64,000 nucleotides of DNA from Eledone cirrhosa. Taxonomy: Eukaryota. Under the pieces are notes generated by a model. It worked only from the letters and a program-made list of their open reading frames with translations. It had not been told where the DNA came from and ran no database searches. How positions within the stretch are numbered: position 1 is the first letter of the stretch; each line of letters begins with the position of its first letter. Shown here one piece after another: positions 13,561-28,237 of the stretch. Both the position numbers and the translations under genes were made by a program. The stretch spans positions 34,286,001 to 34,350,000 of the forward strand of contig OZ024753.1 of NCBI GenBank assembly GCA_964016885.1, given 5' to 3'.

Positions 13561-14269
13561 AGAAAGACAACATTATTATGTAGCTAGTGAAAGCACTGGG
13601 TATACAAAATGTGCTGTTAATGTCAGGTCTTAGGTATATTTCATGGGAACTATAGATTTAGATATGTATTAATTTATGCAATCTCGGTTACTTCTATTCT
13701 ATATACAAGGTGGGTGGAAAGAAACTCCCCATAGTTATTACTTATAACTATTGACCTACTATGACCTCATATATCTATATAAATGTACACATCTTTAATC
13801 ATCATCGTTTAATGTCTATTTTCCACGCTAGCATGGGTTAGACGGGTTGTCCCATTAGAAGCAAGTTGGGTCAGGTGACTGTCTTGCTCATATAGGGCTC
13901 TTTCTGGCTAGATTTCTATGGCTGGATGCCCTTCTTAACGCCAACCACATTTACAATGTGTGCTCGGTGCTTTTTGTCATGACACCTACACAACCACTTA
14001 ATATATATATATTAAATATGTAGAAATTTATATACATGTTTACAGTCTTGGTTACTTCCATTTTGTATATAAGCAGATATAACTTTATCATACATTTAGT
14101 ACTAGATATATGTGGGAGTAGTCACAGATAGAGGCCACGATGGCACAAAGGCCACAAGTTTCTCAGATTGTTGAGTCTACGTCAACCTGAATTGAGCAAG
14201 ACTATGATCTAAGGCATTCCAGCCATGACTATCCTATCTTTTTATAATTTTATTATTTCTTTGATAACA

Positions 14270-14915
14270 AGGGCGATGGATTGACAGTATCGGTAGAGGG
14301 CTGGATGCCATGCTTTGTAGCATAGAATTACGGCCCTTTATGATCTGAGTTCAAATCCCGCCGAGGTTAACTTTGCCTTTCATCCTTACGGGGTCGATAA
14401 AATAAAGTACCAGTCACGCACTGGGGTCGATTTAATCAACTTTCCCCTCCCCCAAAATTACTGGCCTTGTGCCTAGATAAGAAATAATAAGGGCGGTGGA
14501 TTGGCAGTATCGGTAGAGGGTTGGACGCCATGCTTTCCAGCATAGTTACGTCCCTTTACGATCTGAGCTCAAATCCCGCCGAGGTTGACTTTGCCTTTCA
14601 TCCTTAAGGGGTCGATAAAATAAAGTACCAGTAATGCACTGGGTAATTGCTGGCCTTGTGCCTAAAGTAGAAACCATTATTTCTTTGATAAGAGGGCGGT
14701 GGATTGGCAATATTGGTAAAGGGCCGGACATTATGCCTTGCAGCATAGATTACGGCCCTTTACATTCTGAGTTCAAACCCCACCAAAGTTAGCTTTGCCT
14801 TTCATCCTTACGGAGTTGATGATGAAATAAAGTACCAGTAATGTACTATGGTCGAATTAATCGATTTTCCCCTCTCCCATAATTGCTGGCCTTGTGCCTA
14901 AAGTAGAAACAATTA
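14270..14915 (+). mobile_element. Three tandem family-1 tRNA SINEs
   Basis: Three consecutive copies with A/B boxes and the common core. Confidence 0.85.
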
Positions 14916-15157
14916 TTTCTTGGATAACATAGATGAAGGCATGGCTGAGAGGTTAAGGAGTTTGTTTAGCTACCTTTTGATTCTGGGTTCAGTCCTACTG
15001 TATAGCACCTTGGATGCCTGTCTATATCAAGCGTTAAACTAATATATAACACTTTGTGTTTTTGTTTTTTCTTATGATTGAAAGCGGGGCTGGAGGAGGA
15101 AGTAGATGTTAAATGACAACGATGATGACATATATATACACACACACGCACACACAC

Positions 15158-15204
<47 letters not shown>

Positions 15205-15276
15205 GCACACACATACATACATGACATATATATATACACACGCACATATTATATATATATTTATATATATATATAT

Positions 15277-16649
15277 GTCTCCTCTGTGTCACTTTTGAGC
15301 TGACTTTTGGGATGCTCCCATACAGCTCTGAGTTTTTCATCCTCAGTGTATACTGATTAATGTTCAAAGCCATCCTCAGCATTCTCGTGTAGCACCCATC
15401 CACCATCTGAGTGAGTTTCTTGGTCAGTGTCCAAGTCTCAGACCCGTACAGCAGCACAGACTCCACTACAGCAACAAAGAGACGGATTTTCAGGTCTTTA
15501 CGAAGGTCCGATTTCCACACCGATCTCAAGCTGTGGCACACTGCCCAGGCTTTGCTCTTCCTCTCAACCACATCATCTTCTGTATTCCAAATCTTTGCTC
15601 CCAAATACAGGAAGCCCTCAACCAATTCTAGCGGCTTCCCGCCTACATTAGTGATCCTCTCTGGCTTCTCAACATTCTCTACCAGATATTTTATTTTAGT
15701 CTCATTCATTCTCAGCCCCACACTCATCGACACAGTCTCAACCTCCCGCATCAAATCCTCTGCCTCCTTCACTGTATTTGTCACCAAAACTATGTCGTCG
15801 GCAAATTCAGCATCCGATACCTTTTTCGCCTTAACTCTCCTGCTCTGAGCCGATGCTACAGTAAAGCCAGAGTCCTGGTGTTTCTCCAGTGCAAGGCGCA
15901 TACAATAGTCCACTACGATGATAAAAAGGTAGGGAGCCAATGTATCTCCCTGGAGCACTCCAGCCAGTATCTCAAAGAACTCTGTCATCCCATCAGGTGT
16001 AATGACTTGGGCTTTGGTATTGGTGTAGAGCAGTGATATCAGGTCCACTATCTTCTTGGGGATTCCATAAGCCTGTAAGATCTTCATCAGTGAAAACCAT
16101 GACCGCAGGAAGGCACTTTGCTCTAGCTCCCTCTAATATCCTCCTCAGCATCAGGATGTGACTGGTGGTTGATCTTCCCGCTCTGAAGCCGTTCTGGTTG
16201 TCCCTGAGCTTCTTCTCCATCTCAGGCTGGATCCTGTTAAGAATCATCCTGTTGAGGGTCTTTGCCACAAGTGACGTCAGTGAGATCCCCCTGTAGTTGT
16301 TGGTGTTAGAGAGATCTCCCTTCTTTGGCGCTGGGACGATGTTACTGATCCTCCACTGATTCGGGGCAACTCCTTTCTCCAGTGCCCGGTTACAGAACCC
16401 CAGGATGATATCATCAAAATCACATCTCTTCATCACCTCTGATGCCACTCCATCTTCTCTATGAGCCTTGCCCTCTTACATGGACACACTAGAAGAGGAA
16501 GACCAAGGTTAACGTATGTTGATGCCCTAAGGACAGATATTGGTCTGTTGGAGACGCAGGACATGGCAGCGATAATGAGGGACAGAGACCGCTGGAGAGA
16601 ACTCGTCCATGGATCTCGGGAATTTTACCTGCCTTAGATAGATAGATAG
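15277..16649. mobile_element. RTE-clade LINE fragment with inverted 5' part (RT on - strand 15277-16477; 3' end on + strand 16478-16649)
   Basis: - strand: KKGDLSNTNNYRGISL, QNGFRAGRS, GVLQGDTLAPYLF, FADD, LLYGSETW, with a frameshifting deletion. + strand: HGHTRRGRPRLTYVD..DRDRWR..* plus a (GATA)n tail. Confidence 0.85.
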
Positions 16650-16680
<31 letters not shown>

Positions 16681-16772
16681 TATTATATATATATATACAC
16701 ACACATTATATACATATATATATACACACACATATATATATATATACACACATATATATATATATATATATA

Positions 16773-17229
16773 CACCTCTCCAAGACAATGTCACTGGACC
16801 GAGATCTTTGGCGCTACACAGTAATACAGAGAAGACCCGCCTTACCAAAGTACAAAGTGAAACCTACTACAGTCAGTAGGCACATCTAACAAAAATACAC
16901 CCCCGTCAAACTACCCCCACCCCATCCACACCACCCCTTTCAATGTAAAGTTATGTTGGTATCACAACATCCAGTCCGAAACAAATGAGGTCGTGTAGGT
17001 GTCACGACAAAAAAACACACAGTCCACGCTGTAATGTGGCCGTGTAGGTAACACGGTAAAAACCTCCCAGTCCACACTGTAAACGTGGTTGGTGTTAGGA
17101 AGGGCATCCAGCCGTAGAAAATCTGCCAGACAGTCCTATGCGAGCAAGACGACCAATCTTGCCTCAAGTGGGAAAATTCCCGTCCAAACCCATGCAAGCG
17201 TGGAAGATGGACGTTAAACGATGATGATG

Positions 17230-17230
<1 letters not shown>
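16773..17230 (+). mobile_element. RTE LINE 3' end
   Basis: Near-identical to 20695-21158; (GAT)n tail. Confidence 0.85.
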
Positions 17231-18329
<1,099 letters not shown>

Positions 18330-18330
<1 letters not shown>

Positions 18331-19058
18331 ATCATCATCATCATCATCATCAACGTTTAACGTCCGTGTTCCACGCTTGCATGGGTTTGGACGGGGGTAG
18401 TCCCACTTGAGGCAAGAGTGATTGTCTTGCTCGCATAGGACTGTCTGGCAGGTTTTCTACAGTTGGATGCCCTTCCTAACACCAACCACATTTACAGTGT
18501 GGGTCTGGGAGGTTTTTACCGTGTTGCCTACACGGCCACATTACAGCGTGGACTGTGTGTTTTTTTGTCGTGACACCTACACGATCTCATTTGTTTCGGC
18601 CTCGATGGCGCGGCACCAACATAACTTTACATAGAACGGGGTGGTGTGGATCGGGTGGGGGTGGGGGTGGTGGGACGGGGTGTATTTTGTTAGAGATGCC
18701 TACTGGCTGGAGTAAGTTTTACTATATATTTAGGTAAGGCGGGTCTTCTCTGTTACTGAGTACCGCCAAAGGTCTCGGTCCAGTGACATTGTCTTGGAGA
18801 GGTGTAAGTGTGTGATGTCGGAGTTTATCAGCTCGTCCCAGGTTTTTCTAGGTCTGCCTATTCCGTGACTACCGTCTATCTTTATTGCCCTGCACTTTGT
18901 TATACAGCTATCGACTTTCATGCGCATCACGTGTCCATACCAACGTAGCCTTCTCTCGAGTAAACAACATCTGATCCCTCTTATCTCTAATTTATTCCTT
19001 AGTTCGTTTATGCTTTGCCGTTCACGTATATTACTGTTACACATCCAGCGGAGCATGC
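18330..19058 (-). mobile_element. 5'-truncated RTE LINE
   Basis: MLRWMC..RRLRWYGHVMRM..GRPRKTW plus 3' UTR on the - strand. Confidence 0.9.
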
Positions 19059-19090
19059 ATATATGCATATATATATATATATATATATGC

Positions 19091-19145
<55 letters not shown>

Positions 19146-19160
19146 ATATATATATATAAT

Positions 19161-19500
19161 GAAGGCACATGGCTTAGTGGTTAGAGATTGGCCTAGCAAT
19201 CGAAAGGTCGTGAGTTCAATTTTTAGACCGGGTGATGTATTGTTTCCTTGATCAAGATACTTTATTTCACATTGCTCCAGTTTACTCAGCTGTAGAAATG
19301 AGATGATAGGGACTGGGGTCCCTATCATTCCACTGTAAAGTGGACGTGGAGGTGCCACGGGAAAAAAACCCCCACCACTCACTGTAAATAAGGTTGGTGT
19401 TAGGAAGGGCATCCAGCTGTAGAAATCAAGCCAGAATCAGTTCCCGTCCCACCCTTGCAAGCAGGGAAAAGCGGACGTAAAAATGAAATGAAATGAAATG
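19161..19500 (+). mobile_element. tRNA-derived CORE-type SINE with RTE-like tail (family 2)
   Basis: TGGCTTAGTGG A-box, GTTCAATT B-box, CORE-like TCCTTGA.CAAGA.ACTTTATTTCAC, RTE-shared 3' end; second full copy at 49564-49897. Confidence 0.75.
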
Positions 19501-19534
19501 ATATATACACACACATACATGATATATATATATA

Positions 19535-21158
19535 TAGCTTTTGTTGACTTGGAGAAAGCCTTCGACAGAGTCCCCTGTTCCATTATCTGGTGGGCTCTTA
19601 GAAAACTAGGTGTTGATGAATGGCTTGTGAGAGCTATACAAGCCATGTATAAAGAAACAGTCAGCAAGGTTAGAATTAACAACGAATATAGTGAAGAGTT
19701 TAGCGTAAAAGTTGGTGTTCATCAGGGCTCTGTTCTTAGCCCCCTAATATTTATTATTGCCCTACAGGCTATAACAGTGGAGTTCAAGACCGGCTGCCCA
19801 TGGGAACTCCTATACGCAGACGACCTGACACTCATAGCGGAATCAATGACCGAGCTAGAGAAGAAATTCCAAACATGGAAGCACGGCCTAGAATCAAAAG
19901 GCCTTAAAATTAACCTGGCTAAGACTAAAGTTCTAGTTTGTAGGAAGGAAAATAGGGCATCGGTCCCATCTGGGAAATAGCAATGCTCAGTGTGTAGGAA
20001 AGGCGTAGGTAGAAACTCCATTTTATGTCCCAAATGCAAAGTATGGGTGCATAAAAGATGTAGTGGGATCACAGGTAAGCTAACTAAGAACATAGATTTT
20101 ACATGTGGCCGGTGCTCTGGTGCAATAAGTAGCAGCAAGTGCCCACAAAATACTAGCTCTTTCAATTGCGCAGAGGGTTCTATAGAAATAGTGGACAGCT
20201 TCCGTTACCTGGGTGACAAAATCAGCAGTGGGGGAGGGTGCTCTGAAAGTACAGTAGCTAGAGTCAGAACTGGATGGAAAAAGTTCAGAGAGCTTATACC
20301 GCTATTAGCTGCTAAAGGGTTCTCCCTAAAAATGAAAGGCAGGTTGTACGATGCCTGCATACGAACAGCAATGTTGCATGGCAGTGAGACCTGAGCATTG
20401 TCTACAGAGGATATACGCAGACTAGAGAGGAACGAAGCTTGCATGCTCCGCTGGATGTGTAATAGTAATATACGTGAACGGCAAAGCATAAACGAACTAA
20501 GGGAAAAATTAGAAATAAGAGGGACCAGATGTTGTTTACTCGAGAGAAGGCTACGTTGGTATGGTCACGTGATGCGCATGAAAGACGACAGCTGTATAAA
20601 AAAGTGCAGGGCAATAAAGATAGACGGTAGCCACGGAGTAGGCAGACCCAGAAAAACCTGGGACGACCTGATAAATTCCGACCTCACACACTTACACCTC
20701 TCCAAGACAATGTCACTGGACCGAGATCTTTGGCAGTACTCAGTAATAGAGAAGACCCGCCTTACCTGAATTCAAAGTAAAACCTACTACAGTCAGTAGG
20801 CATCTCTAACAAAACACACCCCCGTCCCACCACTCCCACCCCATCCACACCGCCCCTTTCAATGTAAAGTTATGTTGGTGCCACAACATCCAGGCCGAAA
20901 CAAATGAGATCGTGTAGGTGTCACGACAAAAAAACACACAGTCCACGCTGTAATGTGGCCGTGTAGGCAACACGGTAAAAACCTCCCAGTCCCACACTGT
21001 AAATGTGGTTGGTGTTAGGAAGGGCATCCAGCCGTAGAAAACCCTCCAGACAGTCCTATGCGAGCAAGACAATCACTCTTGCCTCAAGTGGGAAAACTCC
21101 CGTCCAAACCCATGCAAGCGTGGAAAATGGACGTTAAACGATGATGATGATGATGATG
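19535..21158 (+). pseudogene. 5'-truncated RTE LINE reverse transcriptase with two nonsense codons
   Basis: FVDLEKAFD, GVHQGSVLSP, LYADD; Trp-to-stop at 19978 and 20392 relative to the neighbouring copy. Confidence 0.92.
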
Positions 21159-21279
21159 ATATATATATATATACACACACATACATGACATATATATATA
21201 TATATACACCCACATACATGATATATATATATATATACACACACATGATATATATATATATATACACACACATACACAT

Positions 21280-21313
<34 letters not shown>

Positions 21314-21563
21314 TACACATGATATATATATATATACACACACACATACACATGATATATATATATATATACACACACATATACATGATATATATATATA
21401 TATACACACACACATACATGACATATATATACACACACATACATGATATATATATATATATACACATACATGATATATATATATATATATATACACATAC
21501 ATGACATATATATATATATATACACATACATGACATATATATATATATATACACATACATGAC

Positions 21564-21598
<35 letters not shown>

Positions 21599-21658
21599 TG
21601 ACATATATACATATACACACACACACATACATGACATATATATACACACATACATGAC

Positions 21659-21692
<34 letters not shown>

Positions 21693-21763
21693 ATGACATA
21701 TATATATATATATATACACACATACATGACATATATATATATATATATACACACATACATGAC

Positions 21764-21794
<31 letters not shown>

Positions 21795-21879
21795 TACATG
21801 ACATATATATATACACACATACATGACATATATATATACACACACATACATGACATATATATATATACACACACACATA

Positions 21880-23620
21880 CATGAAGGTCATGAAGGTCAC
21901 AGAAAAAGTAATAGCGCAACTAATCAGAGAGAGAATTGATCTAGATGAAATGCAGTTCGGATTTGTGTCAGGCAAAAGTACCACAGACGCTCTTTTCATT
22001 GTACGACAACTACAGGAGAAGTACCTAGCTAAAAGTAAACCCCTATACTTAGCTTTTGTTGACTTGGAGAAAGCCTTCGACAGAGTCCCCCGTTCCATTA
22101 TCTGGTGGGCTCTTAGAAAACTAGGTGTTGACGAATGGCTTGTGAGAGCTATACAAGCCATGTATAAAGAAACAGTCAGCAAGATTAGAATTAACAACGA
22201 ATATAGTGAAGAGTTTAGCGTAAACGTTGGTGTCCATCAGGGCTCTGTTCTTAGCCCCCTACTATTTATTATTGCCCTACAGGCTATAACAGAGGAGTTC
22301 AAGACAGGCTGCCCATGGGAACTCCTATACGCAGACGACCTGACACTCATAGCGGAATCAATGACCGAGCTAGAGAAGAAATTCCAAACATGGAAGCACG
22401 GCCTAGAATCAAAAGGCCTTAAAATTAACCTGGCTAAGACTAAAGTTCTAGTTTGTAGGAAAGAAAATAAGGCGGCGGTCCCTTCCGGGAAATGGCCATG
22501 CTCGGTGTGTAGGAAAGGCGTAGGTAGAAACTCCATTTTATGTCCCAAATGCAAAGTATGGGTGCATAAAAGATGTAGTGGGATCACAGGTAAGCTAACT
22601 AAGAACATAGATTTTACATGTGGCCGGTGCTCTGGTGCAATAAGTAGCAGCAAGTGCCCACAAAATACTAGCTCTTTCAATTGCGCAGAGGGTTCTATAG
22701 AAATAGTGGACAGCTTCCGTTACCTGGGTGACAAAATCAGCAGTGGGGGAGGGTGCTCTGAAAGTACAGTAGCTAGAGTCAGAACTGGATGGAAAAAGTT
22801 CAGAGAGCTTATACCACTATTAGCCGCTAAAGGGTTCTCCCTAAAAATGAAAGGCAGGTTATATGATGCCTGCATACAAACAGCAATGTTGCATGGCAGT
22901 GAGACCTGGGCATTGTGTGCAGAGGATATACGCAGACTAGAGAGGAACGAAGCTTGCATGCTCCGCTGGATGTGTAATAGTAATATACGTGAACGGCTAA
23001 GCATAAATGAACTAAGGAAAAAATTAGAAATAAGAGGGATCAGATGTTGTTTACTCGAGAGAAGGCTACGTTGGTATGGTCACGTGATGCGCATGAAAGA
23101 CGACAGCTGTATAAAAAAGTGCAGGGCAATAAAGATAGACGGTAGCCACGGAGTAGGCAGACCCAGAAAAACCTGGGACGACATGATACATTCCGACCTC
23201 ACACGCTTACACCTCTCCAAGACAATGTCACTGGACCGAGACCTTTGGCAGTACTCAGTAGGCATCTCTAACAAAACACACCCCCGTCACACCACCCCCA
23301 ACCCATCCACACCGCCCCTTACAATGTAAAGTTATGTTGGTGCCACACCATCCAGGCCGAAACAAATGAGATTGTGTAGGTGTCACGACAAAAAACACAC
23401 AGTCCACGCTGTAATGTGGCCGTGTAGGCAACACGGTAAAAACCTCCCAGCCCCACACTGTAAATGTGGTTGGTGTTAGGAAGGGCATCCAGCTGTAGAA
23501 GACCTGCCAGACAGTCCTATGCGAGCAAGACAACCACTCTTGCCTCAAGTGGGAAAACCCCCGTCCAAACCCATGCAAGCGTGGAACACGGACGTTAAAC
23601 GTTGATGATGATGATGATGA
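21880..23620 (+). mobile_element. 5'-truncated RTE LINE with open RT frame (ORF 21881-23329)
   Basis: QFGFVSGKSTTDA, FVDLEKAFD, YADD, Cys-rich insert, MLHGSETW; no endonuclease; native stop lost by a deletion at ~23260. Confidence 0.93.
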
Positions 23621-23804
23621 TACATGACATATATATATATATATATATACACACATACCTGACATATATATATATATATATACACACATACCTGACATAT
23701 TTATATACACACATACATGACATATATATATATATATATATACACACACATACATGATATATATATATATATATACACACATACATGACATATATATATA
23801 TATA

Positions 23805-25091
23805 CAGGGTGCGGACGATATTTGTTCGCAAGATTACTGTCTAGGAAAAAATAACAGTAGTTTTATTTTTTAAGATATATTTATCAAACTTGGGTCAGTT
23901 TGTCTTCATGACTTGTTCTTTCGATCTCACTCGATAAACACGCCATTGGCTTTGATGACGGCCTCAAGGCGGCGTCGGAACCGGCTACAGGCCTTCGTCA
24001 CTGTCCCCCGACTTAGGACCCTAAAGGCACTTGTGATCCTGGCCTTCAGATCGTCTTTCGTATTGCAGCTAGATCTGTTGGTGTCTCGTTCCACTGCGCC
24101 CCACACAAAGAAGTCGAGGGGGTGGGAGGCTAGATGTCAGGTGAAGTGTGGTCAACGAAGTTCTCTGACAGCCAGGCTTAGGTCTTCCGGCTGGTATGGC
24201 AGGGCGCTGAGTTTTGCTGCCACACGTACGGCCTACCTGCAGATACCTGGTGGATCCAGGGCTTTACTACCTCGCTCAGAATGCGGATGTAGCCATCAGT
24301 GTTCAGCTTGAGGCCCTCAGAGAAGAAGTGAGGTGGCATGACGTCACCTTGACTGCTGACGACACCTAAGACCAATGTTGTCGTTGGCAACTTTATCTGC
24401 ATGACTCTGGGCATGTCTTTGGATGAGACAGCGAGCCACCTGTTGTTCTGGGAGTTGATCTTCTGGTCTTGGCAGAAGTTTTTCTCGTCGGAGAAAAAAC
24501 ACAGCATGTCTGGCTCCAGTGGGTGTTTCAACTTGTTGATCAGCTTCTTTGCGCGTTTGTCGCTTTTCTTGCATCGCCTTTGACAGAAATTGTCCTTTCC
24601 TCATCTTGTAGGAAACATAGCGAATGTCTTCATGTACCACCAGCCTAATGAGCTTTTCATCCACACCTTTCTCCCTTGCAATGGCATACATCGACTTGCT
24701 AGGTTCATTGTTGATGATATCCTGAACTTCAGTGACGAACTCGGGTGTTCTGAAGGTGTCGGATCGTCGATCATGTGTTTTCCTCTCTGATGTTGCTTCG
24801 TAGTCGAATCCTGAATCTTCCAATTCCTTTCTGACCTTTTCCACCATTCTCCTGCTGACGCTGAGAAAGTCTGAAATTTCCTTATTTGTCCTCCCGGCAC
24901 AGATTCCAAGAAGAACTCCGTGTCTCTTCCACAAATTTGGAGGTTCAAAATTATTCATAATCAATTATTCTGAAAATAAATAGTGGAAATATAGTCACTG
25001 TTTTTATGAAGACAAGAGTGACAACGGAAGTAAAACAAATTTGCATAAAATTAGCAGTTGAAAATTGCGAACAAATATCGTCCACACCCTG
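23805..25091 (-). mobile_element. Full-length, inactivated Tc1/mariner-superfamily transposon (probably DD37D/maT-like)
   Basis: 27-bp TIRs CAGGGTG(C/T)GGACGATATTTGTTCGCAA, TA duplications. Frameshifted transposase ~24960-23915 with HTH region, FFSDEKNF, WQQNSAPCH (catalytic D to N) and PLDFFVWG. Confidence 0.92.
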
Positions 25092-26539
25092 TAGAAATAT
25101 ACACACACATACATGACATATATATATATATAAATATGACATATATATATACATATATATATATACACACACATACATATATATATATGTCTGGAGATTC
25201 TCTCAGTATCTTTTATGCTTTAGAAGAAACAGTAAATCTTCAATATGACATTTTACACTAGTTGTCACTTTTGACATTTGTTAAGAATTAAGAGTCTTTC
25301 TCTCCCTGTCTCTCCTCCTTGCTTCTGTTTTCTTTAATTGTTTACATGTAAATGTTTATATTAGAGATGTTAAACTAATGAATTAACTGGTTTTCATTTA
25401 TTAAGAGGTTGTTTTTCAGATATTAGTGTAAGGTTTGAAAAACTTATCTCAGTTCTAGTGAGCTGTTGTAAAATTATGTTTATCTATAAAGGATAACATC
25501 TTCCAGGTTGTAAAAATATCATTGTTCAAACATGGATTTTAAGTATGTGTTTAATATTGAAACTGAATTGCTTGGTAACTATAATGTCAATGACTTTTTT
25601 TTTTAAGAGTATGTCTTCTTTAAGTAGTGGAATTAGTATAAAGGTTAGGAATAGAGTCTCAGCTAGTTTGATCCACAGGCTGTGACATGTTTTCAGCTTT
25701 TAACCTTGTCACTTCGGCCACAAATCTGGACACAGTCACCTGTAAAGCTGAGTAGTGGAAGGTAGCCAAATACTGGGACTTGACCGGCTGCTTCTTTTTT
25801 GTGCTAGCTGCTGCCTTCAGGGCCTCAGGGGTACTTGATCCCTGCACTAGCGTTTTCCTCAGCAAAATTAGGAGGAATGTATCCTATCTGAGGAAGGAGC
25901 CCCTTTAAGGTGGAGTGGCTGATAAACTGGGTTTGTTCTCCATGGCATTGCCTTCACTATTTTGTCAGTGGGGTACAGCTGAGGTATAGTGTCTGCTGCT
26001 CCCCGCCTTTCCTTTTACTTCCATTATTTGCTGGCCTTGTGCTTAAATTTTTCTTTTTCTTCACCCACTTATTCCTGAGAGGGTTGTGGGAGTAGGAACA
26101 GAGTTCTCAAATGCTCCTTCTGGCAGGTCTTGTCAGAAGCAACCATCTCCAACTGATCCAGCTGGATCCCCAAGTGTGATTATCCAAGCTCATGTATTTA
26201 TATCCAACGATCTTCCTTGGCCTCTACCCGTTGGGTCTCCTAAATTAGAAATCAATATTTCTCATGCTGATTGGTGTCTGAAATTACTGCTCTAATCAAT
26301 TATTATCCTCTCATATTAGCTTATATAGTCAGATTTCCTTTTATTTTTATGCCAATTGCTGCAGCTTTTGAGCTGCCCGAGAAAATAGAAAATATGGGTG
26401 ATAGAACAATTAATTGTGATGGCAACTGCTGTATCCCGCTGTTTGTAAATTTCCTTTGGTGTGTGTGTTTTTCTGGTTATTAAATGTAATCAATAAAGAC
26501 AATCACCATCAGTAGTTCCAATCTGACCAGATAGTTTAA

Positions 26540-26815
26540 CCCTTTAGTATTTAAACCAGCCATATCTGATCAGAACTCTCTCACCTCTTACTGTTTAAAT
26601 CAGTTGTTCATACTGACATTAAGGTATTGTTCTCAAAATATAAAATAACATCATCAGAATCTCGTAGATTCGATATTATGTGAGGTAAAGCCTTTGCCAT
26701 GAAAATACAATAGTGAATATAGAGTAATGTAAATGTTATGTGAGATACTATGTGAGGTAAAGCCTTTACCATGAAAATACAATAGTATATATAGAGTAAT
26801 GTAAACGCTAAAGGG
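26540..26815. mobile_element. piggyBac-type MITE (opposite orientation, internal duplication)
   Basis: TTAA|CCCTTTAG...CTAAAGGG|TTAA; homologous to 1767-1972. Confidence 0.78.
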
Positions 26816-27277
26816 TTAAAATGACTTTATGTAACACTAACATAAGCTCTGTCTCAATGAATAGCTATTAGAATAATATTATCTCACCAACTGGTTTAAA
26901 TAATTATATATGTAACCAAATAACTATGGTGGTATAAGGAAAAGCATCTAGTCTGCACTGAAAGGTGGTGGTGGTGGTGGTGGTGGTGCTGGTGTCATGA
27001 CAAAACGCACCTAGTCCACTCTGTAAAATGATAGTGCTGGAGTCATGATAAAATGTTTCCAGTATATGCTGTGAAGTTGTTGGCATTAGGAAGGACATCT
27101 AGCTGTAGAAATTAAGCCAAAAATGGTGAGTATGAGTCAGAGTTGGTGACCTGGCTAGTCTGACCACAGTTTGTGTCAACCTGTCTAACCAAACACAAGC
27201 ATGGAAAATAGATTTAAACAGTGATGATGATGATGATGAATATACTCTGCCATTAGCTTTTGTCATAATGAAGCATT

Positions 27278-27651
27278 ATTGGCAGTATCGGTAGAGAGTC
27301 GGACGCCATGCTTTCTAGCATAGTTACGTCCCTTTACAGTCTGAGTTCAAATCCCGCCGAGGTTAACTTTGCCTTTCATCCTTACGAAGTCGATAAAATA
27401 AAGTACCAGTAATGTACTGGGTAATTGCTGGCCTTGTACCTAAAGTAGAAACAATTATTAAAATAAATAATTGTTTCTACTTTTGGCACAAGGCCAGCAA
27501 TTATCCAGTACATTACTGGTACTTTATTTTTTCGACTTCGTAAGGATGAAAGGCAAAGTTGACCTCGGCGGGATTTGAACTCAGAATGGAAAGGGCCGTA
27601 ACTCTATGCGTCAAAGCATGACGTCCGACCCTCTACCGATACTGCCAATCC
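27278..27651. mobile_element. Tail-to-tail inverted pair of family-1 SINEs
   Basis: 27278-27458 (+) and 27467-27651 (-). Confidence 0.85.
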
Positions 27652-28167
27652 AATAATATTGTCAGATATTTAGTACTGCTTTTATTAGTGACAGCATGTG
27701 GCCTATTGGTGAAGTACTTGTTTGGTGTTTACCCAGAATGGGTCGAACCAGCTACAATCAATGATCCACAGCGTCACATGGAACCAGAATAAGCTCTAGT
27801 CTGATGAACTTCTAGGATAATATTATTAGTGTAAAGGGCCATAACTAAAATTTGCAAAACATTATGTCTGATGCTCTACTGATTCTGCCAATTGACTGCC
27901 CTTTCATCTCAGAAATTCAGACAAAATTAATCAGAATTGTTGTTATTTGAGGATAAATATTGCTTTATTTTTGTTTTTGTCATAAATGAATTCTATGTAC
28001 ATGCATTTGTATCTATCTATCTATCTATAGTTGCATTTTCAATTTCTTTTCCTTATATATATATATATATATATATATAAAGAATGAATAATAACAGGTA
28101 GACATCATAAAAAGGTAATTTATTCCGTGTGCTTGCTTACATTACTACATCTTGGGTAATCCTATAC

Positions 28168-28234
<67 letters not shown>

Positions 28235-28237
<3 letters not shown>

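Noticed and set aside
19978-20394. Two TGG-to-stop changes suggesting deaminase hypermutation
   Set aside because: Only two events; compatible with neutral decay.
27795-27830. CTGATGA motif
   Set aside because: No GAAA or flanking stems.
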